NCBI GenBank assembly: GCA_028711115.1
Contig: JAQTSV010000001.1
Span: 1,240,928 to 1,304,927 of the forward strand
From: Candidatus Omnitrophota bacterium
GTDB taxonomy: Bacteria; Omnitrophota; Gorgyraeia; Velamenicoccales; JABMQK01
Reading direction: 5' to 3'
DNA: 64,000 nucleotides
Part shown: positions 47,066 through 57,989 of the stretch, in pieces
Numbering within the stretch: the stretch's first letter is position 1
Layout of the letters: the number at the start of each line of letters is the position of its first letter
Made by a program: the position numbers and the translations under genes
The notes under the pieces: model-generated
Databases searched by the model: none
Told to the model about the DNA's origin: nothing
The model's input: the letters and a program-made list of their open reading frames with translations, nothing else

Positions 47066-48123
47066 TGGGCCAAAGTGAGAGCCAGTTCTGCCATTCTGTC
47101 TCTGGCGTCGAGATTATCGATATTACCTAAAGATTCTGACAACTGTTTTAATCTGTCTGGATTATTTTTTAGACTTGTGATTACCTCTTTTAAAATCGGC
47201 TTACATAAAAATTTATCTTCCAATAAAACAGCAGCGCCCTTATCTACGAGAAAACGCGCATTATCTAACTGATGCAGCTTGGCATAAGGATAAGGAATCA
47301 ATATGGAAGGAATTCTAAAAGCTGCGATTTCTGCTATCGTGCCTGCCCCTGCCCTACAAATAGCCAGGTCGCAGGCGCAAAAGGCATAATTCATATGATC
47401 GAATAAAGAAAAAACTTTGGATTTGATATTTAATTTCTTATATTCTTCTGCAACCCGTTCATAATCAAATAATCCGGCGATATGAATAACCTGAATATCG
47501 GAAAATTCCTTCTCTTTTAAAACCTCTATAATCTGTGTGTTGATTTTTAATGAACCTTGGCTGCCGCCGGTAACAAGCAAAGTGAATTTCTCATCATCCA
47601 AACCAAAATATCTACGCGCCTGTTGTCTGTCTATACGCACCATTTCTTTTCTTAAAGGAATACCCAAAAACAATGCCTTGTTTTTAAGTTTATCACTAAT
47701 TTTTGTATTTGGAAAACTAAATATAATTTTGTCGGAAAAATTCATAAGGAATAGATTTGCCAGGCCTATTCTCATATTTTGCTCATGTATAAAATTGGGG
47801 ATTCTTTTAAAATAGGCGCAAATTATGAAAGGAATACTTAAATAACCTCCGAAGCCCACGATTAAATCAGGACTTGTTCTTTTTATCAGCCTATGTGCCT
47901 GAAAGAATAGTTTTATCAAACTAAAGCTGGACAGAATTGTAATCTTTTTCCGCCTGAAAAATATAGGATTAAAATTATTTCCTAACAACTTCCTTTCTAT
48001 TTCGCCATCGGTGGCAATAAAATTTATCTCAACACGGTTATCTCTGCCTTGCAAGCCCTGGCAAAAAGCAATGGCAGGTAAAATATGACCTCCGCTATGG
48101 CTGGCTATCACCAATACCTTCAT
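47047..48123 (-). CDS. murG: Undecaprenyldiphospho-muramoylpentapeptide beta-N-acetylglucosaminyltransferase
   Basis: SHSGGHILPA N-terminal motif, VTGGSQGS and RAGAGTIAE. Confidence 0.9.
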   Translation of the reverse strand: MKVLVIASHSGGHILPAIAFCQGLQGRDNRVEINFIATDGEIERKLLGNNFNPIFFRRKKITILSSFSLIKLFFQAHRLIKRTSPDLIVGFGGYLSIPFIICAYFKRIPNFIHEQNMRIGLANLFLMNFSDKIIFSFPNTKISDKLKNKALFLGIPLRKEMVRIDRQQARRYFGLDDEKFTLLVTGGSQGSLKINTQIIEVLKEKEFSDIQVIHIAGLFDYERVAEEYKKLNIKSKVFSLFDHMNYAFCACDLAICRAGAGTIAEIAAFRIPSILIPYPYAKLHQLDNARFLVDKGAAVLLEDKFLCKPILKEVITSLKNNPDRLKQLSESLGNIDNLDARDRMAELALTLAQCNYSR

Positions 48124-49223
48124 AGGTATATATCGCTTTTTCTGGAAGTATTTAATAATAATCCCATCGCTGCCATATCAAATATAAGAGATGACCCGCC
48201 ATAACTTATAAAAGGTAACGGCAGACCTTTGGTAGGAAACATCCCTATGGAAACTCCTATATTGATTACAGTCTGTAAAGAAATCAGGGAAATTATACCG
48301 ATAGATAAAAATCTGAAAAAATCATCATTGCTGAAACGCGCAATCCGGATCATCTGCCAGATAAGAAATATAAATAATAAGGTAACGGCTATTGCGCCTA
48401 TAATTCCCATCTCCTCGCTTATAACGGAGAAGATAAAATCGGTATGTGCTGCAGGAAGATAAAATAATTTTTGCTTACCTTGGCCTAATCCTTGGCCGAA
48501 TAAACCTCCTGAGCCAAGGGCTATCTGTGACTGGATAATCTGAAAACCTGAACCTTTAGGGTCTGCCCAGGGATTTAAAAATGCCAGAATCCTCGCCCTG
48601 CGATAAGCAATGCTAAATACTAAAAAATATAAAGCGGGCAAGCTTGTCAGAATCCCGACAATAAAATAAAAATAACTTAGCCCTGCGCAAAACAGCATAA
48701 TCGCAGCAACACTGGCTAAGGCTATAGCTGTGCCCAAGTCCGGCTGCAGCAGTATAACAAACATAGGTACAGCGAGAGCGACTAAAGCCGGCAGCAAACC
48801 GTAATAAAAATTATTGATAATATCTTTACGCCGAGAAATATAATCTGCCAGATATATTATAAAAGTGATTTTTATTAATTCCGAAGGCTGAAATCCAAAA
48901 CTACCTATCCTTATCCAGCGTTTTGCACCTGATGCCTGATGGCTGAACCCGGGCACAAAACTTAAAAACAGCAATAATAACGAAAAAATAAACAACGGCT
49001 TGGCTATTTTTTTTAGCAACTGATGATCAATGGCCATCGCCAGGAACATAAGTATAAAACCAAAGAACAAATAAACCAAATGCCTCTTTAAATAAAATAA
49101 ACTATCCCCCATGCTGTTCCACGCATAGATGGAGCTGGAACTATAAATCATAACTACGCCAATGCCTAAGAGTATAAATAAAATTAAGATTATGTAGACA
49201 CGTGTCTGGCGTATTGACGACAT
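48120..49223 (-). CDS. ftsW: SEDS-family lipid II polymerase/flippase FtsW
   Basis: QPSELIKI, AAHTDFIFS and GLPLPFISYGGSS. It lies between murD and murG. Confidence 0.85.
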   Translation of the reverse strand: MSSIRQTRVYIILILFILLGIGVVMIYSSSSIYAWNSMGDSLFYLKRHLVYLFFGFILMFLAMAIDHQLLKKIAKPLFIFSLLLLFLSFVPGFSHQASGAKRWIRIGSFGFQPSELIKITFIIYLADYISRRKDIINNFYYGLLPALVALAVPMFVILLQPDLGTAIALASVAAIMLFCAGLSYFYFIVGILTSLPALYFLVFSIAYRRARILAFLNPWADPKGSGFQIIQSQIALGSGGLFGQGLGQGKQKLFYLPAAHTDFIFSVISEEMGIIGAIAVTLLFIFLIWQMIRIARFSNDDFFRFLSIGIISLISLQTVINIGVSIGMFPTKGLPLPFISYGGSSLIFDMAAMGLLLNTSRKSDIYL

Positions 49224-49242
49224 ATTATTATAATTAGGTATG

Positions 49243-50529
49243 TTATTTGCTGACTTTACAGGAAGACTCTAAATTATTGACTGCCTGTTTAAAAATATTG
49301 CCTCGTTCCTTATAATTAGAAAACATATCAAAACTGGCACACATTGGTGAAAGCAAAACACAATCCCCTGCTTTTGCCTCTTTGAAAGCCAAATCCACGG
49401 CCTCGTATATGTCTTTGGCTTCAGTAATTTTTGCTACGCCGGAAAGTGAATTTTTTATTTTTGTCTTTGCCTCACCGAATAAAACCAAGGATTTTACTTT
49501 TTCTTTTATAAGATAACCTATGGTAGAGAAATCACTGCCCTTATCTCTGCCTCCGGCAAGCAATACGACTGGCTTGGTGGAATTTTCCAGACCCCAGATG
49601 GTCGATTCTACATTGGTGGCCTTGGAATCATTTACAAAGTCTATGCCGTTAATGCTCCTTACAAATTCCATACGATGTTCTATACCTTTAAAATCTTTAA
49701 AAACCTTTTGGCAGACATCCAAACCAATATTAAATACCTCAGCGACTTTTAAGACAGCCAATTGATTGGGATTAAACTTACTCTCGTCAAAACTGCTGCT
49801 GCCGTCTGCAAAGTATAAAACTTTTGCCCTGGTTTCTTTGGCTAAAGACCTCAATAATTTATCTTTATAATTTAAAATCACAAAATCATCTTTATTCTGG
49901 TTAAGAAATACCCGCTTCTTTGCCTCCAGATATTCTGCTAAATTTTTATATCTGTCCAAATGGTCAGGTGTAAAATTCAGAATTAAACTTACCTTAGGCC
50001 TGAATTCCTGTATTGTCTCGAGCTGAAACGAACTTACCTCCAGGCTTACAAAATCACTATCCTGCATCTGTTCTACGCAAGAACAAAGAGGCGTACCAAT
50101 ATTACCCAATATAAACACTTTTTTCCCGGCTTTCTCCAAAACTCGGCCTATCAAAGTGGTAACCGTAGTTTTGCCGTTTGTACCGGTGGTGGCGATAATT
50201 TTAGCCGGGCAGTGCTGATAACCCAACTCCATCTCTCCTATAATTTCTATATTCTTTTTCTTTGCCCATTCCACAGCTTCGCTGTTACAAGGCACACCGG
50301 GGCTGATTACCATGTAATCTGCTTTTTCAATAATTGCTTTTGTGTGTCTGCCTAACTCGAAATCTATGGAAAGTTTTTTAAAATCATCGGTATATTCTCT
50401 TTGTTTCTTGTCATCACTTCTATCGCTGACAAAGACCTTAGCGCCTAATCCTTTAAGCAGTTTTGCGCTAGCAAGTCCGCTACAGCCCAAGCCTAAAACC
50501 ACAACATTCTTATCTTTGAAATTAATCAT
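49243..50529 (-). CDS. murD: UDP-N-acetylmuramoylalanine--D-glutamate ligase
   Basis: VLGLGCSG Rossmann, TGTNGKTTVT P-loop and NDSKATN. Confidence 0.9.
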   Translation of the reverse strand: MINFKDKNVVVLGLGCSGLASAKLLKGLGAKVFVSDRSDDKKQREYTDDFKKLSIDFELGRHTKAIIEKADYMVISPGVPCNSEAVEWAKKKNIEIIGEMELGYQHCPAKIIATTGTNGKTTVTTLIGRVLEKAGKKVFILGNIGTPLCSCVEQMQDSDFVSLEVSSFQLETIQEFRPKVSLILNFTPDHLDRYKNLAEYLEAKKRVFLNQNKDDFVILNYKDKLLRSLAKETRAKVLYFADGSSSFDESKFNPNQLAVLKVAEVFNIGLDVCQKVFKDFKGIEHRMEFVRSINGIDFVNDSKATNVESTIWGLENSTKPVVLLAGGRDKGSDFSTIGYLIKEKVKSLVLFGEAKTKIKNSLSGVAKITEAKDIYEAVDLAFKEAKAGDCVLLSPMCASFDMFSNYKERGNIFKQAVNNLESSCKVSK

Positions 50530-51614
50530 CTTATCTTTAGGGTAATCAGGGTAAAAATGGCGAGTATTGCAGAAATAATCCAGAATCTTACAATTATCTT
50601 CGATTCCGGAAGTCCTAATATCTGAAAATGGTGGTGCAAAGGAGCCATCTTAAAAAATCTTTTTTTCCATATCCTGAATGCAATAATCTGAATTATAACT
50701 GATAAGGCCTCAATTACAAATATGCCGCCTACAATAACGAGAAGAATTTCCTTCTTGATTAAAAGGGCTACCATTCCTATGGCCCCGCCTATGGCCAGCG
50801 AACCCACATCCCCCATAAATACGCCTGCAGGAAAACAATTAAACCAAAGAAAACCCATGCATGCACCTACAAGCGCTGCACAGAAAACAGTTAATTCTCC
50901 GGCGTGGGGTATAAAAGGAATTAACAAGTATTGGCTGAACTTTGCGTGACCTGTGACGTAACTCAAGAGGCTGAATGTTAGCGCTGTCATAATCGTACAA
51001 CCTACTGCCAGGCCATCTAGGCCATCTGTAAAATTTACGGCATTAGAAGCACCACAAATAACTAAAATGACAAACGGTATGTAGAGTATACCCAAATCGA
51101 TAACCAGATTCTTAAAAAATGGGAAATAAAGTTTGGTTGAGAATTCTTTATCTAAGAATAATACTATAGCTAATAATAACCCGATAACTAACTGGGAAAC
51201 AAATTTGGTGGATATATTTAATCCTTTAGAGTTTTGCTCTTTTAGTTTAAGATAATCGTCGGCAAAGCCCAATATCGCCAGTGCCAAGAAAGTAAGCAGT
51301 GTTAAAATTATATATTTATTGAATATATTTGCCCACAGCAATGTAGAAAAAATAACGCTGATAACTATCAATAAGCCGCCCATAGTAGGCGTGCCCTGCT
51401 TATAATGCTGTACGTCATAGAGCTTCGCAAATCCTTCCTTCCTTATATTCTCCTGAATCTTTAATTTCCTGAGTCGGTCTATAATATAATTTCCTAATAA
51501 AATGGAAATAAAGAATGTTGTGAGCGCAGCCATTGCCGCGCGAAAGGTTATATATTTAAAAATATTGAGTACAAATATGTTATCTTTTAAATAATAAAAT
51601 AAGCTGTAAAACAT
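50526..51614 (-). CDS. mraY: Phospho-N-acetylmuramoyl-pentapeptide transferase
   Basis: GTPTMGG, NAVNFTDGLDGLA, GDVGSLAIG and APLHHHF. Confidence 0.95.
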   Translation of the reverse strand: MFYSLFYYLKDNIFVLNIFKYITFRAAMAALTTFFISILLGNYIIDRLRKLKIQENIRKEGFAKLYDVQHYKQGTPTMGGLLIVISVIFSTLLWANIFNKYIILTLLTFLALAILGFADDYLKLKEQNSKGLNISTKFVSQLVIGLLLAIVLFLDKEFSTKLYFPFFKNLVIDLGILYIPFVILVICGASNAVNFTDGLDGLAVGCTIMTALTFSLLSYVTGHAKFSQYLLIPFIPHAGELTVFCAALVGACMGFLWFNCFPAGVFMGDVGSLAIGGAIGMVALLIKKEILLVIVGGIFVIEALSVIIQIIAFRIWKKRFFKMAPLHHHFQILGLPESKIIVRFWIISAILAIFTLITLKIR

Positions 51615-52981
51615 TATTTAACCTTTGTTAAAGAAGACACTATGTCTTCCATCTGCATAAGCCTTGATCCCTTTATCAGTATAATATCACCAGATTTTAT
51701 TTTTTTCCTCAAAAAATCGATAAGGTCTGCTTTGGAATCAAAATTATAAATACCCCTACCGATTTTAGATTCTGACTTAGCGGTATCCGCGGCGAATTTA
51801 GAAAATTTACCCAAAGTAATGAATATATCTATGGGCATATGTGCAACAAAACTGCCCATTTGTCTGTGTAGCTCCTGGGAGCGACTGCCAAGTTCCAGCA
51901 TATCGCCCATAACCAAAATTCTTCTGCCTGAAGTTTTAAATCCCGTCAAAGTTTCTACCGCCTTTTCTAAAGACAGAGGGTTGGAATTATATGTGTCATC
52001 TAAGATGCTGAAGTCAGAACAATCTATCTTACTCAACCTTCTGGATAAAAACTGAAAATCCTCTAATGCCGCCTTTATCTTCTCTGTCCCCACGCCAAAA
52101 ATCAAACCGCAGCCAATTGCCGCAAGGGCATTATAAACATGGAACCTGCCTAATGTCGGCAAACAAAATTTATGTTTTTTATTAAAGACGAACTTCACAT
52201 TATTATTTTCTGTAGTTATACCCGAAGCCATAAAGTCACAGGGCGATTCTTTACCGAAGTAAAACACCTTAAATTGCTGCGGTAGTTTCATCTTTCTTAA
52301 AAATACATCATCGCCATTTAATAAAACAATCTTTGCACCTGCCAGATGTTTTATAATATTCTTTTTTTCTTTGAATACGCCGTCTAAGTCTTTAAAAAAT
52401 TCTAAGTGTGAGGGCCCGATATTGGTAATAACCGCGACTTGTGGCATAGCAATTTTACTTAAATATGAAATCTCCCCGAAATGATTAGTGCCTAATTCCA
52501 AAACACAAATATTATGTCTATTATTTAATTTAAACAGCGTCTCAGGGACGCCGATATGATTATTGTGTGTACCGAGATTTTTTAACACATTGTATTCTTT
52601 TCCCAATACCGCTGCTATGATATCCTTTGCAGTGGTTTTGCCTGCGCTGCCCGTAACCGCAATTAGCGGTATATTGTTTTTACACCTGTAATGACCGGCC
52701 AGATCTCCTAAGGCGATGGTTGTATCTTTTACTTTTAAGATATTTATCTTTGCTTTATCATTTATCTTAATTTGTTTGGAAATGACTACAGCTGCTGCGC
52801 CTTTTTTTATTGCCTCGTTGATAAAATTATGGCCATCAAAGTTGTCTCCCCTAAGAGCAAAGAATATATCGTTCTTTTTTAATGTCCTGGAATCCGTAGA
52901 GACTCCATTTATGAGATTATGGCCTGATTTTCTTATTAAGCTAGACTTTGTTGCTTTAGCTATTTCATTTACTCTTAACAT
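51614..52981 (-). CDS. murF: UDP-N-acetylmuramoyl-tripeptide--D-alanyl-D-alanine ligase
   Basis: VTGSAGKTTAKD, DDTYNSNP, and its position after murE. Confidence 0.9.
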   Translation of the reverse strand: MLRVNEIAKATKSSLIRKSGHNLINGVSTDSRTLKKNDIFFALRGDNFDGHNFINEAIKKGAAAVVISKQIKINDKAKINILKVKDTTIALGDLAGHYRCKNNIPLIAVTGSAGKTTAKDIIAAVLGKEYNVLKNLGTHNNHIGVPETLFKLNNRHNICVLELGTNHFGEISYLSKIAMPQVAVITNIGPSHLEFFKDLDGVFKEKKNIIKHLAGAKIVLLNGDDVFLRKMKLPQQFKVFYFGKESPCDFMASGITTENNNVKFVFNKKHKFCLPTLGRFHVYNALAAIGCGLIFGVGTEKIKAALEDFQFLSRRLSKIDCSDFSILDDTYNSNPLSLEKAVETLTGFKTSGRRILVMGDMLELGSRSQELHRQMGSFVAHMPIDIFITLGKFSKFAADTAKSESKIGRGIYNFDSKADLIDFLRKKIKSGDIILIKGSRLMQMEDIVSSLTKVK

Positions 52982-52986
52982 CCTCG

Positions 52987-54468
52987 TTATCCCCTCTGAG
53001 ATAATATATTTTCAATGACAGCTCGATCGCTAAAATTAAACTTCTTATCTTTTACTATTTGGTAATCCTCGTGCCCTTTGCCTGCAACGATTATTATATC
53101 CTGACTCCCTGCCATATCTATAGCTTTCTTAATCGCCTCTTTTCTATCTACCGAGGCGATATGGTTTGTTTTACTTATGCCTGCCTTGATATCAGAAATA
53201 ATTTCTTCCGGGTCTTCTGAACGGGGGTTATCCGAAGTAATAATTACGAAATCAGCTAACTCGCTGGCTACTTTGCCCATCTTGGGACGCTTATCTTTAT
53301 CCCTGTCGCCGCCGCAACCGAAGACAAGAATCAGCCTCCCTCTGCCTTTTAACTTATTTAAAGACGACAGAACATTTCTTAATGCATCCTCTGTATGGGC
53401 GTAATCCACAAAAATATTAATATCACTACAGTCAACCCTTTCCAATCTCCCGGGTGCATAAACTTCTTCTAATCCTTTTATAATATATTTTTCTAGGATG
53501 CCCAAGGCCAAGCAAGCACTGATACTAGCTAAGGCATTATAAATATTAAATTGGCCTATGAGTCTTGTTTTAACTTCAAATTTATGGCCTGGCGCCTTTA
53601 CTGTAAAACGACAGCCGCCTTGCGTTAATAAGATGTTTTTTGCACAGACATCGGATTTCTTGCGTATGCCATAGGTCAGGATTTTTGACTTCTTATTTTT
53701 CTTAATTAAATCTATGAGCTTTAAACCATAACTATCATCAACATTAATTATGGCCGCTCCTTCCTTCTTTAGATAATCCGTAAATAATAGCGATTTTGCT
53801 GCGAAGTAATTTTTCTTTGTCTTATGATAATCGAAATGGTCCTGGCTTAAATTAGTGAATATCGCCTGATCAAATTTTAAACCTTCAATTCTGCGCTGAG
53901 CTAAGGCATGGCTAGATACTTCCATCACCAAATATTTAATTTTATTCTGAAGCATCTGATTCATAAAACTGTGTATAGTCAAGATATCCGGAGTGGTATT
54001 TTTTGCATCAAACACACTTCTGCCAAAACGATAATTAATGGTACCTATTACTCCAGCTTGCTTGCTGGCTGTATTCAGAATATTTTCTATCATAAATGTA
54101 ATCGTGGTCTTGCCATTGGTGCCTGTCACAGCCGTCATATTAAGTCTGTCTATGGGATAGTCGTAAAACTTATTTGCCAAAAAACCCAAACATCCGGTAA
54201 TGTCTTTGACGCTTATAACTACTGAATCTTTTGGCAGCTTGATCTTGATATTATCTTCCACCATTACTGCGTGAGCGCCATTTGAATAAGCCTCGTTTAT
54301 AAAGTCTAAACCGTTATAGCGACTGCCTGCCAGACAAAAGAACAAATATCCTTTCTTAACTAATTTGGAATTAAGTGAAAGGCCTTTAATATCAATATTT
54401 GAAAAATTGCAAGGATTGATTGATATGACTTGATTTTTTATATTGCTAAGTAAAGTATTTAATTTCAT
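52987..54468 (-). CDS. murE: UDP-N-acetylmuramoyl-L-alanyl-D-glutamate--2,6-diaminopimelate (or lysine) ligase
   Basis: VTGTNGKTTITF, DYAHTEDAL and a DNPRSEDP motif. Confidence 0.9.
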   Translation of the reverse strand: MKLNTLLSNIKNQVISINPCNFSNIDIKGLSLNSKLVKKGYLFFCLAGSRYNGLDFINEAYSNGAHAVMVEDNIKIKLPKDSVVISVKDITGCLGFLANKFYDYPIDRLNMTAVTGTNGKTTITFMIENILNTASKQAGVIGTINYRFGRSVFDAKNTTPDILTIHSFMNQMLQNKIKYLVMEVSSHALAQRRIEGLKFDQAIFTNLSQDHFDYHKTKKNYFAAKSLLFTDYLKKEGAAIINVDDSYGLKLIDLIKKNKKSKILTYGIRKKSDVCAKNILLTQGGCRFTVKAPGHKFEVKTRLIGQFNIYNALASISACLALGILEKYIIKGLEEVYAPGRLERVDCSDINIFVDYAHTEDALRNVLSSLNKLKGRGRLILVFGCGGDRDKDKRPKMGKVASELADFVIITSDNPRSEDPEEIISDIKAGISKTNHIASVDRKEAIKKAIDMAGSQDIIIVAGKGHEDYQIVKDKKFNFSDRAVIENILSQRG

Positions 54469-56174
54469 TTTGTTTTAGGCGGCTGGCTTAGATTATTCAT
54501 CTTTTCTTCTGACTCAATATATTTCAAACTCTTCTCGGCCACTTCTTTAAATACCGGCGCAGAAACAACTCCTCCATAATAATAGGGATGCGGCTCATCA
54601 AAAACTACCACTATTGCTAAACGGGGATTCTCCGCTGGCGCAAAACCAATAAAAGAGGCAAAAAAAGCAGAATGCGAATACCCTCCCCGGGGATCTACTT
54701 TCTGAGCAGTACCAGTCTTGCCTGCAAACTTATATTCTTTACTTTTGGCTAATCTACCCGTGCCGCTTTCCACTACTCTTTCTAATATTTTGCTTAATCT
54801 CTGACTGGTTTCGGCAGTAATGACTCTTCTCACGCATTCAGGCTTAGTTTCTTCTATTGTCTCATCATATTTGTCCTTAATTTTATTTATTATGTAAGGC
54901 CTGTAATACAATCCGCCGTTAGCCACAACAGATATGGCACAAGCTAGCTGCAATGCCGTGACTCCTACTTCTTGCCCTATAGGCAAAGCCCCTATGGAAG
55001 TTTTGGAATAGGCACTTAAGGGCTTGAGAAGGCCGTTGACTTCTCCGGAAAGCCTAATGCCAGTCAAAGAGCCGAACCCAAATAATTTAGCATACTTATA
55101 CACCTTTTCAAGACCTAATTTCTGGGCTATCTTAGTCACTCCTATATTGCTTGATTTTTCAATCGCTTCGGAAAATGTCAACCAACCAAGCGGCTCATGA
55201 TCATGTAGTATGTGATTAGCTACTCTATAAGTTCCGTTTTCACAGAAAATCCTATCTTCTTCTTTGAATACATTCTCTTCCAATGCAGCCGAGGCAGTAA
55301 CAATTTTAAATACTGAGCCGGGTTCAAAGAAATCGCAAATTGCACGGTTTCTTCTCTCTTCAGCAGAAAAACTTTGCGGACTATTGGAATCGTATGTGGG
55401 ACGATTAGCCAAAGCCAAAATTTCTCCTGTACGCGGATCCATCACTACAATACAGGCGCCTTTGGCATGATTTTTCTTAAAAGCCTCGTCCAGGGCATTC
55501 TCGGCAATATATTGAATTACCTGGTCTATCGTCAAAACCACATCGTATCCGTCTACGGGCAGTTTATCGGAATTTTCCAATCTCAAAACATTCTGACGCG
55601 CGTCGCGCACAAAAAAAGCATATCCGGGTTTGCCCTCCAGATATCTGTTACAATAAAGCTCTATCCCCTCCAAGCCAATATTATCAATATTGGTGAAACC
55701 TAAAACATGCGTAGCCAAAGTCCCGTTAGGATAAGAACGCCTGCTTTCCTTCATAAAGAATAGACCGTCCATATTCATGTCTCTTATTTCTTTGGCTGTC
55801 CTGTCAGAAAGTTTTCTTTTAAGCCAGGCAAAATGTTTGGAGGAAGAAAGGCGCTTCAAAATAAAATCGCTGTCCAGATCTGCGGAATCGGATAGAATGT
55901 TCGCTACTTGATTTTTATTTTTTATTTCATTGGGTACAGCGAATAAGGAATAGGAACGGGTATTTACTACTAATGGTTTAAGTTTGCGGTCGTATATGAT
56001 ACCTCGCTGCGGAGGCAATTCCAGGTAAATATTATGTTGTTTACAGGCAAGTTCTGTTAAATATTGAGAATGGAATAGCTGAATAAAGATAAGCTTACCG
56101 ATAAAAACAAATAAAGAAACAATAAAGAAGAAACTTATAACGTAGAACCGCAATAGGGATCTTTTAAGAGGCAC
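54465..56174 (-). CDS. ftsI: Penicillin-binding protein 3 (FtsI, division-specific class B PBP)
   Basis: N-terminal TM, SxxK (PGSVFKIVT), SxN (KSSNIG) and KTG (GKTGTAQ). It follows the ftsL-like gene. Confidence 0.85.
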   Translation of the reverse strand: MPLKRSLLRFYVISFFFIVSLFVFIGKLIFIQLFHSQYLTELACKQHNIYLELPPQRGIIYDRKLKPLVVNTRSYSLFAVPNEIKNKNQVANILSDSADLDSDFILKRLSSSKHFAWLKRKLSDRTAKEIRDMNMDGLFFMKESRRSYPNGTLATHVLGFTNIDNIGLEGIELYCNRYLEGKPGYAFFVRDARQNVLRLENSDKLPVDGYDVVLTIDQVIQYIAENALDEAFKKNHAKGACIVVMDPRTGEILALANRPTYDSNSPQSFSAEERRNRAICDFFEPGSVFKIVTASAALEENVFKEEDRIFCENGTYRVANHILHDHEPLGWLTFSEAIEKSSNIGVTKIAQKLGLEKVYKYAKLFGFGSLTGIRLSGEVNGLLKPLSAYSKTSIGALPIGQEVGVTALQLACAISVVANGGLYYRPYIINKIKDKYDETIEETKPECVRRVITAETSQRLSKILERVVESGTGRLAKSKEYKFAGKTGTAQKVDPRGGYSHSAFFASFIGFAPAENPRLAIVVVFDEPHPYYYGGVVSAPVFKEVAEKSLKYIESEEKMNNLSQPPKTK

Positions 56175-56209
56175 TTAGCTTTATGTTAAGAAAATAGACG
56201 ATATGAAAT

Positions 56210-56596
56210 TTATTTTATTGTCTTTGCTTCTGCTTGCTTACTGGCAAAAATTTTTCTCAAAGTAACAAGAACGGCATTATTAGACAATAAATTATTACTT
56301 TTATTTTCTGCCACGTATTTTGATTCGGCTTTAGGGTATAGACCAAAAACTTGTACAGGTTTTAATATTTTTAACTTGGAATTATTCAATGATACATATT
56401 TATCCAAACTATGAGGTGATTCTAAGGCGTAAATATTGTATTTGAGAATATTATTATTATCGACAAGACGCTGAAATTTGTCTTCATTCCTCTTTATTTC
56501 ATAACCTAACTTGGTAATTTCAGTTTGTAAGAATACGTGTAAAAGTGCGAATATTACAAAGGTGAAATTGATGATAATTATCTTTGACATCCTCAT
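56210..56596 (-). CDS. ftsL: FtsL-like cell division protein
   Basis: 128 aa with one TM followed by a coiled coil. The call rests on its position between rsmH and ftsI. Confidence 0.55.
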   Translation of the reverse strand: MRMSKIIIINFTFVIFALLHVFLQTEITKLGYEIKRNEDKFQRLVDNNNILKYNIYALESPHSLDKYVSLNNSKLKILKPVQVFGLYPKAESKYVAENKSNNLLSNNAVLVTLRKIFASKQAEAKTIK

Positions 56597-56597
56597 T

Positions 56598-57494
56598 CTA
56601 AACTTTCTCCAAAATCCTTAATTTTGCGCTTCTTGAGCGAGGATTATCTTTTACTTCCTCGATTGTAGGCGTAATGGGTTTTTTGACAATAAGCTTAAAT
56701 TCTTTAGTCTTCGCTAAATTACGGAAATTAATCTTTGCTATTCTATCTTCCAAAGAATGAAAAGTCAGAATACATATTTTGCCACCTTTACTCATAAATT
56801 TATCAATCTTTTGCAAAAATATTTCCAGGGATTCCAATTCCTGGTTAACGGCTATGCGTAATGCCTGAAATGTACGCGTTGCCGGATGAATACGCTGATA
56901 TTGTCTTTGATGAGGCAGGGCTTTCAGCACTATACTGGCAAGCCCAGTAGTCGTATCAATAACCGATTCGTTCCTTTTGTTTATTATCATCCTGGCTATG
57001 CGACGAGAAAATCTCTCCTGCCCGAATTGCCAAAGAAGCGAAGCAATCTCTTCCTGGGTAAGATTATTTACTAAATCAAAAGCAGATATTGAATTTGTCC
57101 TGTCCATGCGCATATCCAAAGGCCCCTCATTTACAAAACTGAAACCTCTCGTAGCATTACTAAGCTGAAAAGACGATATGCCCAAATCCAAAATAACCCC
57201 ATCAACTCTTTTAATATCTAAAGAAGTTAGAATTTTATCAATGTTACAAAAATTATCGTGGATAAAAATACAGCGGGAACCATATTCTTTTAATCTCTCT
57301 TTTGCTATTTCTAATGATTCCTGATCGCGATCAATGCCTACAAGCTTACCAGCGGGAGCAATTCTTTTAACTATCTCTATGGCGTGACCGGCGGTACCAA
57401 TAGTGGCATCAACTATTGTTGTCCCTTTTTTGGGCTCTAAGAAAGACAATATTTCTTCTAACATAACCGGTTTGTGTATAAATTTATCTACCAT
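56598..57494 (-). CDS. rsmH: 16S rRNA (cytosine1402-N4)-methyltransferase
   Basis: HKPVMLEE, VDATIGTAGH, DLGISSFQL and FHSLEDR. Confidence 0.9.
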   Translation of the reverse strand: MVDKFIHKPVMLEEILSFLEPKKGTTIVDATIGTAGHAIEIVKRIAPAGKLVGIDRDQESLEIAKERLKEYGSRCIFIHDNFCNIDKILTSLDIKRVDGVILDLGISSFQLSNATRGFSFVNEGPLDMRMDRTNSISAFDLVNNLTQEEIASLLWQFGQERFSRRIARMIINKRNESVIDTTTGLASIVLKALPHQRQYQRIHPATRTFQALRIAVNQELESLEIFLQKIDKFMSKGGKICILTFHSLEDRIAKINFRNLAKTKEFKLIVKKPITPTIEEVKDNPRSRSAKLRILEKV

Positions 57495-57510
57495 GTATCC
57501 CTAAGATTTC

Positions 57511-57951
57511 TTAGAGATTATCGATTAGCTTCTCAGAAATCTCTTCAAATGCATCACGTGATTCCCTGTAAAATTCTACCCAAATCTCCTTGGACCAAAT
57601 TTCAATCCTATTAGAAACTCCTATAATAACCACATCCCTATTTATCCCTGCAAAATCTTTAAGATACTGCGGAATTAGTATTCTGCCCTGTTTATCGTAA
57701 ACCAATTCTGTTGTCCCGGAAAAATAAAGCCGATTAAACTTTCTGGTTTCCGATTTGGTAAAAGGCATGGATTTAAACTTCTGCTCTTGATTCTTCCATT
57801 CATCTTCGCTGAACATAAATAAACATTTATCCAAACCTCGCGTAATAAAAAACTTGTCTACAAAATTATTCTTCGCCACTTCGCGAATTTTGGATGGCAG
57901 AACCAGACGACCTTTTCTATCTAACTGATGATAATACTCTCCGTAAAACAT
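57511..57951 (-). CDS. mraZ: Transcriptional regulator MraZ
   Basis: MFYGEYYHQLDRKGRLVLPSKIR and a second DKQGRILIP half-repeat (two SpoVT/AbrB-like repeats). Confidence 0.9.
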   Translation of the reverse strand: MFYGEYYHQLDRKGRLVLPSKIREVAKNNFVDKFFITRGLDKCLFMFSEDEWKNQEQKFKSMPFTKSETRKFNRLYFSGTTELVYDKQGRILIPQYLKDFAGINRDVVIIGVSNRIEIWSKEIWVEFYRESRDAFEEISEKLIDNL

Positions 57952-57954
57952 AAG

Positions 57955-57982
57955 CCACTTTACTCCACTTTATTCTACTTTA
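57955..57982 (-). promoter_or_regulatory. Three direct repeats with exact 10-bp phasing (candidate MraZ operator)
   Basis: The minus strand reads TAAAGTAGaa TAAAGTGGag TAAAGTGGct, then tATG. On the plus strand these are ccacttta at 57955-57962 and 57965-57972, and ctacttta at 57975-57982. Confidence 0.6.
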
Positions 57983-57989
57983 TATGTAG